DNA of 48,344 nucleotides from an uncultured Christensenellaceae bacterium (GCA_944384305.1 CALWSW010000001.1:1-48344), one strand, 5' to 3'. Positions 24,809 to 33,111 are shown, counted from the first letter of the stretch. Made by a program: numbers and translations. The notes: generated by a model from the sequence alone, not told the origin.

Positions 24809-25606
24809 ATGGAACGCAAAGTTGTTGCGATCACCGGCGGCGCACAGGGCCAGGGGCGCCTGCACGCCGTGAAGTTTGCCCAAAACGGCTACGACGTGGC
24901 GCTGGGCGATATGCAGGACCCCGCTTCCCCCCAGTTTGCCGGGACCATTGCGGAACTTGAGGGCATGGGGGCAAAGGTTTACGCCGCGCGCTGCGACGTG
25001 ACCAGCCCCGAAGAAATGGAAGCTTTTTTTGCCGGGCTGTGGGAAAAGTTCGGCAGGCTGGACGTGGCCATTGCCAACGCCGGCATCATGACCTTTGGCC
25101 TGACTTGGGAGCTGACCGACAAGCAGGTGCAGCAGATGATCGACATCAACCTCATCGGCGCCTGGCGCACCGATAAGGAAGCCGTCAAGCTCATGCTCAA
25201 GCAGGGCTTTGGCCGCATCATCAACATCTCTTCCACTGCCGGCCTCAAGTCCAGCCCCAACCTTTGCCATTACGCCATGGCCAAGTTCGGCATCATGGGC
25301 CTGACCAAATCCCTGGCGAAGGAAGTGGCAAAGAAGGGCATCACCGTCAACGCCATTTGCCCCTCGATGGTCAAATCGCCCATGACCGAGCAGCCGGCCT
25401 TCCTGGGCCACATCAAGTACACCACGGGCATGGAGTTCCACTCCTTCGAAGAAATGGACAAGGGCCTTTCCCCCAAGCGCCCCATGGGCGTGGCCTTTAT
25501 CGACCCGCAGGATGTGTCCGACCTGTGCTTCTGGGTGGGCGACAGCCACACAGCCCGCCTCATCAGCGGCGCGGCCATCGGCTTAGACGCCGGTTCGCTG
25601 ATCTGA
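24809..25606 (+). CDS. Short-chain dehydrogenase/reductase (SDR)
   Basis: VVAITGGAQGQG (TGxxxGxG), NAG, and YAMAK (YxxxK). ATG 24803 is only 1 nt after AAGGAG, so I call ATG 24809 (7-nt spacing). Confidence 0.9.
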   Translation: MERKVVAITGGAQGQGRLHAVKFAQNGYDVALGDMQDPASPQFAGTIAELEGMGAKVYAARCDVTSPEEMEAFFAGLWEKFGRLDVAIANAGIMTFGLTWELTDKQVQQMIDINLIGAWRTDKEAVKLMLKQGFGRIINISSTAGLKSSPNLCHYAMAKFGIMGLTKSLAKEVAKKGITVNAICPSMVKSPMTEQPAFLGHIKYTTGMEFHSFEEMDKGLSPKRPMGVAFIDPQDVSDLCFWVGDSHTARLISGAAIGLDAGSLI

Positions 25607-25645
25607 AGCAGCGGGCGCAAGCCGCGCAGCCGGCGCATGAAACCG

Positions 25646-25680
25646 GGCCGGGCAGAAGTTTTCTGCCCGGCCTTTGCCGT
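25646..25680 (+). terminator. Rho-independent terminator after the SDR gene
   Basis: GGCCGGGCAGA-agttt-TCTGCCCGGCC followed by TTTGCCGTTT. Confidence 0.65.
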
Positions 25681-25822
25681 TTGGCCGCGAGGTTTTGGTA
25701 GCCAAACGGCAAAGAGGGGAATATTTTGCCGGCAATGTGTCTTTTGGCAAGCGGGCCTTTTTGCTATAGTAAAAGAAAAAGGCGGCAGGCAAGCCTTGAC
25801 CGCCGCAAAAAGGAGGGACCGT

Positions 25823-27427
25823 TTGACCGTACTGCTTTTGATCGCGGGACTGGTAATGATCTCTTGCGTGCTGTGCAACCGCTTTTTGGGAAAACTAGGC
25901 GTGCCCATGCTGCTGGCGTTTATTCTGCTCGGCATGCTCTTTGGCTCCGACGGTTTGCTGCGCATCCCCTTTGACGATTACTCCTTTGCCGAGCAGATCT
26001 GCTCGGCGGCGCTCATCTTCATCATGTTCTACGGCGGGTTCGGCACCAGCTGGAAGGAGGCCCGGCCGGTCGTGGGCAAGGCGGCGCTGCTTTCCACGCT
26101 GGGCGTGGTGCTCACGGCGGCGCTGGTGGGGGCGTTCTGCCACTTTGCGCTGGGGTTTTCTTTGCTCGAGAGCTTTTTGGTGGGCGCGGTCATCAGCTCG
26201 ACCGACGCGGCTTCGGTGTTCTTCATCCTGCGCTCCAAAAAGCTCGGCCTCAAATACCACACCGCCTCGCTCCTGGAAGTGGAGAGCGGCAGCAACGACC
26301 CCTGCTCTTACATGCTCACCACCATCGTGCTCACGGTCATGGTGGGCGGCGCTTCGGCCGGGCAGGCGATTTATCTCGTCTTTTCGCAGGTGGTGTACGG
26401 CGGGGCGCTGGGCGTGGCCTGCGGGCTGCTCGCTGTGTGGTTCATGCGGCGCTTTTCCTTCAGCTCCTCGGGGTTTGAATCGGTCTTTGCCGTGGCGGTG
26501 GCGGTGCTTTCCTACGCCCTGCCCGCGGCCGTGGGCGGGAACGGCTACCTCAGCACGTATATTGCGGGCATCCTGCTCGGCAACGCGAACATCAAGTACA
26601 AGCAGACGCTGGTGCCCTTTTTTGACGGCGTCACCAATCTGATGCAGATGCTGCTCTTCTTTTTGCTCGGCCTGCTTTCCTACCCCTCGCGCCTGGGCCA
26701 GGTGATCTTGCCGGCGCTCGCCATTTTTCTGTTCTTGACCTTTATCGCCCGGCCGGCGGCGGTGTTCGGCATCCTCTCGCCCTTCAAAAGCCGGGTCAGA
26801 CAGCAGCTTTTCGTCTCCTGGGCGGGCATGCGCGGGGCGGCTTCCATCGTGTTTGCCGTCATGGTCACGGTGCACCCGGCCGTGGTGTCGTACGATATCT
26901 TCCACATCGTGCTGCTCATCGTGCTTTTGTCCATTTTGTTTCAGGGGTCCCTTTTGCCCGCGGCGGCCAAAAAGCTCGATTTATTGGACGCCGAAGAGGA
27001 CGTCATGCGCACCTTTACGGATTATGTGGACGAGGTGCCGGTACAGTTCATCCGCTTCTGCATCCCGCCGGGGCACACCTGGGAGAACAGGCAGATCAAG
27101 GAGATCGTGCTGCCGCCCGGCACCATTCTGGTGCTGCTGCAGCGGGGGGAAGAGCGCCTGGTGCCCACGGGCGAGACCGCGCTGCGCTCGGGCGATACCC
27201 TCATTTTAAGCGCGCTGGCGGCGGCCGGGGACCTGGAGGGCGTGCGGCTTTCGGAAAAGAAGTTGACAAAAGGCGATAAGCTCGCCGGCCGCACCCTTGC
27301 AGAAGCCCACCGCGAGCTGGACGCGCTGATCGTCATGATCCAGCGCCAGGGAGAAGTGGTCATTCCCAGCGGCAGCACCCAGCTGCTGCCCGGCGACGTT
27401 CTGGTGCTGCACCACGCGGAGCGGTGA
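25823..27427 (+). CDS. K+/H+ (cation:proton) antiporter, CPA1 NhaP2/CvrA-like with C-terminal TrkA-C (RCK_C) domains
   Basis: Multi-pass hydrophobic N-terminal ~390 aa, plus two C-terminal TrkA-C-like segments (ENRQIKEIVLPPGTILVLLQRGEERLVPTGETALRSGDTLIL; LAGRTLAEAH...VMIQRQGEVVIPSGSTQLLPGDVLVL). I call the TTG start at 25823, 5 nt after AAAGGAGGG. The ORF-track ATG 25637 lies inside the upstream terminator. Confidence 0.85.
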   Translation: MTVLLLIAGLVMISCVLCNRFLGKLGVPMLLAFILLGMLFGSDGLLRIPFDDYSFAEQICSAALIFIMFYGGFGTSWKEARPVVGKAALLSTLGVVLTAALVGAFCHFALGFSLLESFLVGAVISSTDAASVFFILRSKKLGLKYHTASLLEVESGSNDPCSYMLTTIVLTVMVGGASAGQAIYLVFSQVVYGGALGVACGLLAVWFMRRFSFSSSGFESVFAVAVAVLSYALPAAVGGNGYLSTYIAGILLGNANIKYKQTLVPFFDGVTNLMQMLLFFLLGLLSYPSRLGQVILPALAIFLFLTFIARPAAVFGILSPFKSRVRQQLFVSWAGMRGAASIVFAVMVTVHPAVVSYDIFHIVLLIVLLSILFQGSLLPAAAKKLDLLDAEEDVMRTFTDYVDEVPVQFIRFCIPPGHTWENRQIKEIVLPPGTILVLLQRGEERLVPTGETALRSGDTLILSALAAAGDLEGVRLSEKKLTKGDKLAGRTLAEAHRELDALIVMIQRQGEVVIPSGSTQLLPGDVLVLHHAER

Positions 27428-27540
27428 GCCGCGCGGCGCGGAACAAATGTCAATGTCCTTGTGCGGCCGGGCGGCCGGCGTGTATAATGAAAGCAACTGG
27501 CCGGGGCCGCCCGGCCGCAGCAAAATGGGAGGATCATGAC

Positions 27541-28422
27541 ATGAAGACCAGCCGGGAATACTGCCCTGCCTGCCAGTACCGTTCCTTTTACGACTGCCTC
27601 AAGCAGCTGCGCCTTTCGCCCGAGGAGGAAGAACGGCTGATCCGCTGGTATTTGAAAGAAGCGGCGGAGCGGTTTGATTTTACGCTGACGCCGGGCAAGA
27701 ACCACTTTTACAGCCGGCCCATCCACGAATACGCCGGGTACGACTTTTACGCCGGGCAAAAGCGCAAAGACAACGAGGAGATGCTCCGCTACGAGGAGCA
27801 CGCGAAAAAAGCCGTGCTCGCCGCAAAAAACGGGTTGGAAGCGGCGGTGCGCTACGCCATTGCCGGCAACGTCATCGACCCCACGGCCCACCACGACATC
27901 ACCGTGGAACAGGCGCTGGACGCCGCGGCGCAAAAGCCTTTGGCCATCGACGACGTAGAGCTGCTGCGCGCGGCGCTGCAGAAGGCCCGCAGCGTTCTTT
28001 ACGTGACAGACAACTGCGGCGAGCTGGTGTTCGACAAGGTCTTTTTGTGGGCGATGGATGCCCTGGGCCTGGCGCCGCTTTCCAAATTCACCGTGGCGGT
28101 GCGGGGTGGCCCCTTTGCCAACGACGCCATGATGGACGACGCCGCGCAGGTGGGGCTGACCGAAATGGTAAAGGTCATCACCACCGGTTCGGACCTGTGC
28201 ACGGTGTATTTGCCCGACATGGGCGAAGAATTTATGGAGGCTTACCGCGCCTGCGACCTGCTGATCGCCAAGGGCATGGGTAACTACGAATCGGTCGAAT
28301 CCTTTGCCGACAAAACCGTTTGTATGCTGCTGATGGCCAAGTGCGTGCCGGTGGCAAATAATTTGGGGGCGCGCATCGGGGACTTTGTGTGCAGGGTGAA
28401 AAATGCGGAGCTGATGAGGTAA
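27541..28422 (+). CDS. DUF89 (ARMT1-like damage-control phosphatase) family protein
   Basis: 293 aa from ATG 27541 (GGGAGGA 8 nt upstream). N-terminal CPACQYRS, ...YVTDNCGELVFDK..., ...LIAKGMGNYES typical of DUF89. Confidence 0.8.
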   Translation: MKTSREYCPACQYRSFYDCLKQLRLSPEEEERLIRWYLKEAAERFDFTLTPGKNHFYSRPIHEYAGYDFYAGQKRKDNEEMLRYEEHAKKAVLAAKNGLEAAVRYAIAGNVIDPTAHHDITVEQALDAAAQKPLAIDDVELLRAALQKARSVLYVTDNCGELVFDKVFLWAMDALGLAPLSKFTVAVRGGPFANDAMMDDAAQVGLTEMVKVITTGSDLCTVYLPDMGEEFMEAYRACDLLIAKGMGNYESVESFADKTVCMLLMAKCVPVANNLGARIGDFVCRVKNAELMR

Positions 28423-28465
28423 GAGGCGGAAAAAGGGGCCGCGGCAAAGGCGGAATAGAGGGGAC

Positions 28466-28590
28466 ATGGAGATCAAACAGCTGCGGTACTTTCGCCGCCT
28501 GCAGCGGTTACGCTCAAGACACTGCTGCAGTGGTGGGGACTTTCGTGCAAACTGCGGCAGGATGGTACCTTCCTGCAACCATAAACTGTT
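28466..28590 (+). pseudogene. Remnant of a LysR-family regulator N-terminus (frameshifted and truncated)
   Basis: ATG 28466 encodes MEIKQLRYF, the stereotyped LysR start. After a frame change, ...AAVVGTFVQTAAGWYLPAT resembles the HTH AVAEEGSFTKAAEKLYISQPT. No substrate-binding domain follows. Confidence 0.3.
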
Positions 28591-28628
28591 ATAAATTATA
28601 CAAAACGGGCCCCGCGCCAGGGGCTTGG

Positions 28629-28672
28629 AAAGGCCCGGAGCCTTGTGCCTCCGGGCCTTTCTTATGCTTTTT
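28629..28672 (+). terminator. Orphan rho-independent terminator in a non-coding stretch
   Basis: GGCCCGGAG-ccttgtgc-CTCCGGGCC followed by TTTCTTATGCTTTTTC; no intact gene ends nearby. Confidence 0.5.
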
Positions 28673-28816
28673 CTCTGGGAAAAAGGGAGGGGAAGGGGGA
28701 GATCCTTCTTCTTTGCAGCATGCCGGGCTGCACTTCAGGCGGCCCGCAGCGCAAAAAAGCGGGCGACGCGCCGCAAAGAAACCGCGTGATTGGGCGCTAA
28801 TTTCCCCGCCGTGCGC

Positions 28817-28845
28817 TTGAAAACTCGAAAATCCGAAATTATAAT
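28817..28845 (+). promoter_or_regulatory. Near-consensus sigma-A promoter TTGAAA-17-TATAAT upstream of the CobW-family genes
   Basis: TTGAAA at 28817-28822, an exact 17-nt spacer, and TATAAT at 28840-28845; 75 nt upstream of ATG 28921. Confidence 0.55.
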
Positions 28846-28920
28846 ATGGAAGGATCGAACCGGCGGGCAGGAGCGCCCGGCCGCAAAAAAGAAAGAGAAC
28901 ACAGGAAAGAAGAGTGCAGA

Positions 28921-30066
28921 ATGACCAAGATCGATATTTTTTCGGGGTTCCTCGGCGCGGGCAAGACCACGCTCATCAAAAAGCTCATCAAGGAAGCCTT
29001 TGCCGGCGAAAAGCTGGTGCTCATCGAAAACGAGTTCGGCGAGATCGGCGTGGACGGCGGCTTTATGGCTGAGGCCGGCATTCAGGTGACCGAGATGAAC
29101 TCCGGCTGCATCTGCTGCTCGCTGGTGGGCGATTTTGCCGCCGCTTTGCAAAAGGTGCTGGAAGAATACGCCCCCGACCGCATCCTCATCGAGCCTTCGG
29201 GCGTGGGGAAACTGAGCGACGTCATCCGCGCCGTGCAGGGCGTCAAGGCCGCCAACGCCCAGCTCAACAGCTTCACCACCGTGGTGGACGCCACCCGCTG
29301 CAAAATGTATATGAAGAACTTTGGCGAGTTCTTTGACGACCAGGTGGGCCACGCCAACGCCATTGTGCTCAGCCGCACCGGCGGCATGGACGAAAAGAAG
29401 CTGGAGGCCGCCGTGGCGCTTTTAAGAGAGCACAACGACAAGGCCACCATCGTCACCACGCCTTGGGAGCAGCTGACGGGCGCGGCCATTGTGGAGGCCA
29501 TGGAGCACAAGGGGGCGCTGGAAGCCGAGTTGGAAAAGCTCGCCCACGAGGCCGTGCACGAGCACCATCACCACCATCACGACCATGACCACGATCACGA
29601 TCATGAGCATGAGCACGGCCATGACCATGAGCACGGGTGCTGCCACCACGATCATGAGCATGAGCATGAGCATGAGTGCCACCATCACCACGACGAGGAA
29701 GGCCACTGCTGCCACCACGAGCACGGGCACGAACACCACCACGAGCACGGCGAGAGCTGCGGCTGCGGCTGCCACCACGACCACGACGCCGACGAGGTCT
29801 TTAACAGCTACGGCGTGGAGACTCCCAGGAAGTTCAGCAAAGAAGAGGTGGAGGCCGCGCTTGCCGCTTTGGCCGAAGGCCGGTGCGGCAACGTGCTGCG
29901 CGCCAAGGGCATTGTGGCGGGCAAGGACGGCGAGTGGATCTACTTTGACTACGTGCCCGGCGAAAGCGACCTGCGCACCGGCGCGCCCATGGTGACCGGC
30001 CGGCTGTGCGTCATTGGCGAGCACATCGACGGCCAGGCGGTCTCGGCGCTGTTCGGCCTGAACTGA
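28921..30066 (+). CDS. COG0523/CobW-family G3E GTPase metallochaperone with an ~80-aa His/Cys-rich insertion
   Basis: MTKIDIFSGFLGAGKTTLI (P-loop), GCICCS (CxCC metal motif), ILIEPSGVG. Residues 209-289 contain 39 His and 8 Cys by my count. Confidence 0.9.
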   Translation: MTKIDIFSGFLGAGKTTLIKKLIKEAFAGEKLVLIENEFGEIGVDGGFMAEAGIQVTEMNSGCICCSLVGDFAAALQKVLEEYAPDRILIEPSGVGKLSDVIRAVQGVKAANAQLNSFTTVVDATRCKMYMKNFGEFFDDQVGHANAIVLSRTGGMDEKKLEAAVALLREHNDKATIVTTPWEQLTGAAIVEAMEHKGALEAELEKLAHEAVHEHHHHHHDHDHDHDHEHEHGHDHEHGCCHHDHEHEHEHECHHHHDEEGHCCHHEHGHEHHHEHGESCGCGCHHDHDADEVFNSYGVETPRKFSKEEVEAALAALAEGRCGNVLRAKGIVAGKDGEWIYFDYVPGESDLRTGAPMVTGRLCVIGEHIDGQAVSALFGLN

Positions 30067-30076
30067 GGGGACTGCT

Positions 30077-31027
30077 ATGGCTGCGATGGAGATCCCGGTC
30101 TACCTGTTTACCGGCTTTTTGGAATCCGGCAAGACCAAGTTCATTCAGGAGACCATGGAAGACCCCCGCTTTGACGAGGGCAAGACCACGCTGCTATTGG
30201 TGTGCGAAGAGGGCTTGGAGGAATTTGAACCCGAAAAGTTCGTTTCCAGCAAGGTCGTCATCCGCGAGGTGGAAAAAGAGGCCGACCTTACGCCCGCCAA
30301 TCTGGAGGCGTGGCGCAAGGAGTGCGGGGCCTACCGCGTGCTCATTGAGTATAACGGGATGTGGATGCTCGAAAAGCTCTACCAGAGCCTGCCGGAAGGC
30401 TGGCTGGTGTACCAGGAGTTTTTGTTTGAAAACGCCCAGACTTTTTTGAGCTACAACGCCAATATGCGCGCGCTGGTGGTGGATAAGCTGAAGTCCTGCG
30501 AGCTGGTGGTGTTCAACCGCGTCACCCCGCTCATCGACAAAATGGCCTTCCACAAGGTGGTGCGCGGCATTTCCCGCCGGGCGCAGATCGCCTTTGAGTA
30601 CACCGACGGCAAGGTGGAGTACGACGAGATCGAAGACCCCCTGCCCTTCGACCTGAACGCCCCGGTCATCGAGATCAAGGACGAGGACTACGCCCTGTGG
30701 TACCGCGACATCGCCGAAGAGATGAAGAAGTACCAGGGGAAGACCGTGCGCTTCAAGGGGCAGGTGGTCATTCACGACAAGCTGCCCAAGGACTGCTTTA
30801 TCGTCGGCCGGCAGATCATGACCTGCTGTGTGGAGGACATCAGCTTTTCGGCCCTGGCCTGCAATTACGCCAAGGCCTCGGAGCTGAAAAAGCGGGAATG
30901 GGTGACTGTGACCGCCCAGGTCAATGTGCGCTTCCACCGCGTGTACGGCAAAAAGGGCCCGGTTTTGAACGTGCTCGCCCTCGAGCACTCCGAGCCGCCG
31001 GAGGTCGAAGTCGCGACTTTTTATTGA
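30077..31027 (+). CDS. CobW-N-like P-loop domain fused to a DUF1980-like C-terminal domain (putative partner of the metallochaperone)
   Basis: VYLFTGFLESGKTKFI (Walker A). The C-terminal part, with IMTCCVEDISF, resembles the conserved CC-containing DUF1980/TIGR03943 region. The gene starts 11 nt after the upstream gene. Confidence 0.7.
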   Translation: MAAMEIPVYLFTGFLESGKTKFIQETMEDPRFDEGKTTLLLVCEEGLEEFEPEKFVSSKVVIREVEKEADLTPANLEAWRKECGAYRVLIEYNGMWMLEKLYQSLPEGWLVYQEFLFENAQTFLSYNANMRALVVDKLKSCELVVFNRVTPLIDKMAFHKVVRGISRRAQIAFEYTDGKVEYDEIEDPLPFDLNAPVIEIKDEDYALWYRDIAEEMKKYQGKTVRFKGQVVIHDKLPKDCFIVGRQIMTCCVEDISFSALACNYAKASELKKREWVTVTAQVNVRFHRVYGKKGPVLNVLALEHSEPPEVEVATFY

Positions 31028-31053
31028 TCTGGCCGCGCCTGCAAAAAAGAAAG

Positions 31054-31085
31054 AGGCTTTCCCCAGCGTGAGAAAGCCTTTTTAC
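31054..31085 (+). terminator. Rho-independent terminator after the CobW pair
   Basis: AGGCTTTC-cccagcgtga-GAAAGCCT followed by TTTTT. Confidence 0.6.
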
Positions 31086-31101
31086 AAAAAGGAGAGTTTG
31101 C

Positions 31102-31782
31102 ATGAAAACGATGTGGAAAAAGTTTTTGGCCGCCGCACTGGCGCCCGTGCTCATCGCTGCGCTCGCGGCCTGCGGCGCGCCGGCGTCGAATGAAAACGAA
31201 GAGGCGCAGAACATTCCCGTTCAGCCCGCGCAGGAGAGCCCTGCGCCCGAAGAAAGCCCTGAACTGGAAGAGGTACCGGCGGCGGAGGAAGAGGAGATCC
31301 CCTGGCCGGACGCGCTGCCTTTGACATTCGTGTTCAGCAGCGGCGCGGGCGGGTGGTTCACGGAACTCGAATTGCAGCCCGACGGCTCCTTTACAGGCAG
31401 CTACCATGATTCTGAAATGGGCGAGTTCGCCGAAGACTACCCCAACGGCACGGTGTACGTGTGCGAGTTTTCCGGCCGGTTCGAGGCGCTTTCCCACCCG
31501 GATGAAAACACCTGGGTTTTGAGCCTGGAAGAGCTGACGGCCAGCCAGACCATGGGCGAGAGCTGGATCGAAGAGGGCATCCGCTACGTGGCGGCGACCC
31601 CCTACGGCGTGGACGGCGGCACGGCGTTTACGCTTTACGCGCCCGAGACCCCCACGAGCGGGCTTTCGGAGCAGTTTTTGAGCTGGTGGCCGGGCCGCTA
31701 CGAAGAGACCGCTCCCGCCACCCTCCAGTATTGGGGCTTGCTGAACGAGGCCACCGGCAGCGGCTTCTTTACCGGGGCCTGA
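31102..31782 (+). CDS. Lipoprotein, function unknown
   Basis: Signal peptide plus lipobox (MKTMWKKFLAAALAPVLIAALAAC|G), an acidic Pro/Glu-rich linker, then a globular domain. AAGGAG RBS. Confidence 0.75.
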   Translation: MKTMWKKFLAAALAPVLIAALAACGAPASNENEEAQNIPVQPAQESPAPEESPELEEVPAAEEEEIPWPDALPLTFVFSSGAGGWFTELELQPDGSFTGSYHDSEMGEFAEDYPNGTVYVCEFSGRFEALSHPDENTWVLSLEELTASQTMGESWIEEGIRYVAATPYGVDGGTAFTLYAPETPTSGLSEQFLSWWPGRYEETAPATLQYWGLLNEATGSGFFTGA

Positions 31783-31825
31783 GCGGGCGCCTGGCGTCCG
31801 GCGGAACACAACACCCAAAAAACTA

Positions 31826-31876
31826 CAAAACTCCCCCTGCCGGACGGCTTGGCAGGGGGAGTTTTTGTGTGTTTTT
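31826..31876. terminator. Bidirectional terminator between convergent genes
   Basis: A-rich tract, CTCCCCCTGCC-ggacggctt-GGCAGGGGGAG, then TTTTTGTGTGTTTTT. Confidence 0.7.
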
Positions 31877-31885
31877 GAGCGGGTA

Positions 31886-32803
31886 TTACGTTGCCCAAAC
31901 GCTGTTTAAAAACGCCATCCGCCGGTGCAGCGCGTCTTTTGTGGCGGGGGCATTTTGCAGAAGGTCGAAGCCGTGGGGCGCGCCCGGCACCTCGTATACC
32001 GTCACCGCCCCGCCCAAAGCCTTTAGGCGGCCGGCAAAGCGCAGGCCCTCGCCGCGCAGGCAGTCGCATCCCGCAACTTCCACGTAGGCCGGGGGCGGGG
32101 GCGGGCAAAGCGGCATGGTCAAAGGCGAGGCTTCACGCTTCTGCGCTTCGGTGCACCCCTGCAGGTACCACGCCCACATGTGCGCGTTGTTTCCGGCGTT
32201 CCACATGGGGGCGCGGGCAAGGCGGCGCAGAGAGGGGGAGGACTGCAAAGCGTCGGCAACGGGGTACAGCAGCACCTGCGCGCAGGGGCGGGGGCTGTTT
32301 TCCCAGTCGTGGGCGGCGGCGTAGGCGGCAAGCGCTCCGCCGGCGTTGTCGCCCAGCACGGCGATCTTTTGCGCGTCGGCGCCCAGCTCTTTTGCGCGGG
32401 CGCACACAAAGCGGTAGGCGGCAAGCGCGTCCTCTTTGGCGGCGGGGAAGGGATGGCGGGGCAGGCGGCGGTACCGCGGGCAGACCACGACGCACCCCAA
32501 ATCGTTTGCCAAGCGGAGCGCGAGCTGTTTGTGGTGGGGCGCGGCCCTGTAACCAAAGCCCCCGCCGTGAAAGAACAGCAGGCAGGGCCGCGGCGCACCC
32601 GGCCCTTTGGGGGCAAAAACTTCGGCGCGCAGCGGCCGCCCGCTTGCGCGCCTGATCGCGATGGTGCGGGCGCAAAGGCCTTTGGGGACCGGCACGCAGG
32701 CGAGCAGCAGCCCCTGCAGCGGCGCAGCAAGGCAAAAGAGCGGCCGGGCGTAGGGCATGGAACGGCCGAGCGCCCGGAATTCCGGCGAAAGGGAGGGGGG
32801 CAT
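31886..32803 (-). CDS. Alpha/beta hydrolase, hormone-sensitive-lipase-type esterase family, nucleophile Ser replaced by Asn
   Basis: 305 aa with the HGGG oxyanion motif (LLFFHGGGFGY) and triad Asp/His candidates (GCDCLRGEG, PGAPHGF). The GDSAG elbow reads GDNAGG (AAC codon at 32347..32345). Confidence 0.8.
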   Translation of the reverse strand: MPPSLSPEFRALGRSMPYARPLFCLAAPLQGLLLACVPVPKGLCARTIAIRRASGRPLRAEVFAPKGPGAPRPCLLFFHGGGFGYRAAPHHKQLALRLANDLGCVVVCPRYRRLPRHPFPAAKEDALAAYRFVCARAKELGADAQKIAVLGDNAGGALAAYAAAHDWENSPRPCAQVLLYPVADALQSSPSLRRLARAPMWNAGNNAHMWAWYLQGCTEAQKREASPLTMPLCPPPPPAYVEVAGCDCLRGEGLRFAGRLKALGGAVTVYEVPGAPHGFDLLQNAPATKDALHRRMAFLNSVWAT

Positions 32804-32868
32804 GGCGGGCCTCCTTCAGGCGGCGGGTATAACAAAAACCGGCCTGCAAAGGGAGCAAGCCGGAAGTT

Positions 32869-32944
32869 TGGAGCTACTGGCCGGACTCGAACCGGCGACC
32901 TGCTGATTACGAATCAGCTGCTCTACCAACTGAGCCACAGTAGC
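32869..32944 (-). tRNA. tRNA-Thr (anticodon CGU), CCA encoded
   Basis: The minus strand reads GCTACTGTGGCTCAGTTGGTAGAGCAGCTGATTCGTAATCAGCAGGTCGCCGGTTCGAGTCCGGCCAGTAGCTCCA. It forms a 76-nt cloverleaf: 7-bp acceptor stem, GCTC/GAGC D stem, GCTGA/TCAGC anticodon stem with loop TTCGTAA, and GCCGG/CCGGC T stem with TTCGAGT. Confidence 0.9.
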
Positions 32945-32973
32945 GCAGGGCGCACACGAAGCACGCAGGAAGC

Positions 32974-33001
32974 ATTATAGCACACCGAATGGGATTTGTC
33001 A
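32974..33001 (-). promoter_or_regulatory. Candidate tRNA-Thr promoter (GTGACA-17-TGcTATAAT, extended -10)
   Basis: The minus strand reads gcGTGACAaatcccattcggtgtgcTATAATgc, ending about 29 nt upstream of the tRNA 5' end. Confidence 0.45.
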
Positions 33002-33081
33002 CGCGCCAAAGCCCCCCTTTTTTTAAATTTTTGCGCGGATAAGGGGCAAAAACGATTTGCGCGCGGCCGGCGTTTGCGGCG

Positions 33082-33111
33082 TTGTCACCCCTTTGTGGCA
33101 CATGGTATAAT
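33082..33111 (+). promoter_or_regulatory. Candidate radC promoter (TTGTCA-18-TATAAT with TGg extended -10)
   Basis: TTGTCA at 33082-33087, TGG at 33103-33105, TATAAT at 33106-33111. Confidence 0.5.

Noticed and set aside
25681-25822. Possible riboswitch (for example c-di-AMP or K+-related) in the structured leader of the K+/H+ antiporter gene
   Set aside because: Only generic hairpins are present (GCCGTTTGGC...GCCAAACGGC; GGCGG...CCGCC). I could not recognise the conserved cores of any riboswitch class, so a covariance-model scan would be needed before claiming anything.
28817-28920. Zur/Fur-type operator in the CobW promoter
   Set aside because: No AT-rich dyad resembling a Zur box overlaps the -35/-10 region or the leader. 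Regulation by zinc remains untested rather than supported.
29545-29787. Tandem-repeat or CRISPR-like signal from the repetitive CAC/CAT/GAC/GAG DNA
   Set aside because: It is in frame within the CobW-family CDS and encodes the His/Asp/Glu-rich metal-binding insertion. It is not a nucleotide-level repeat element.
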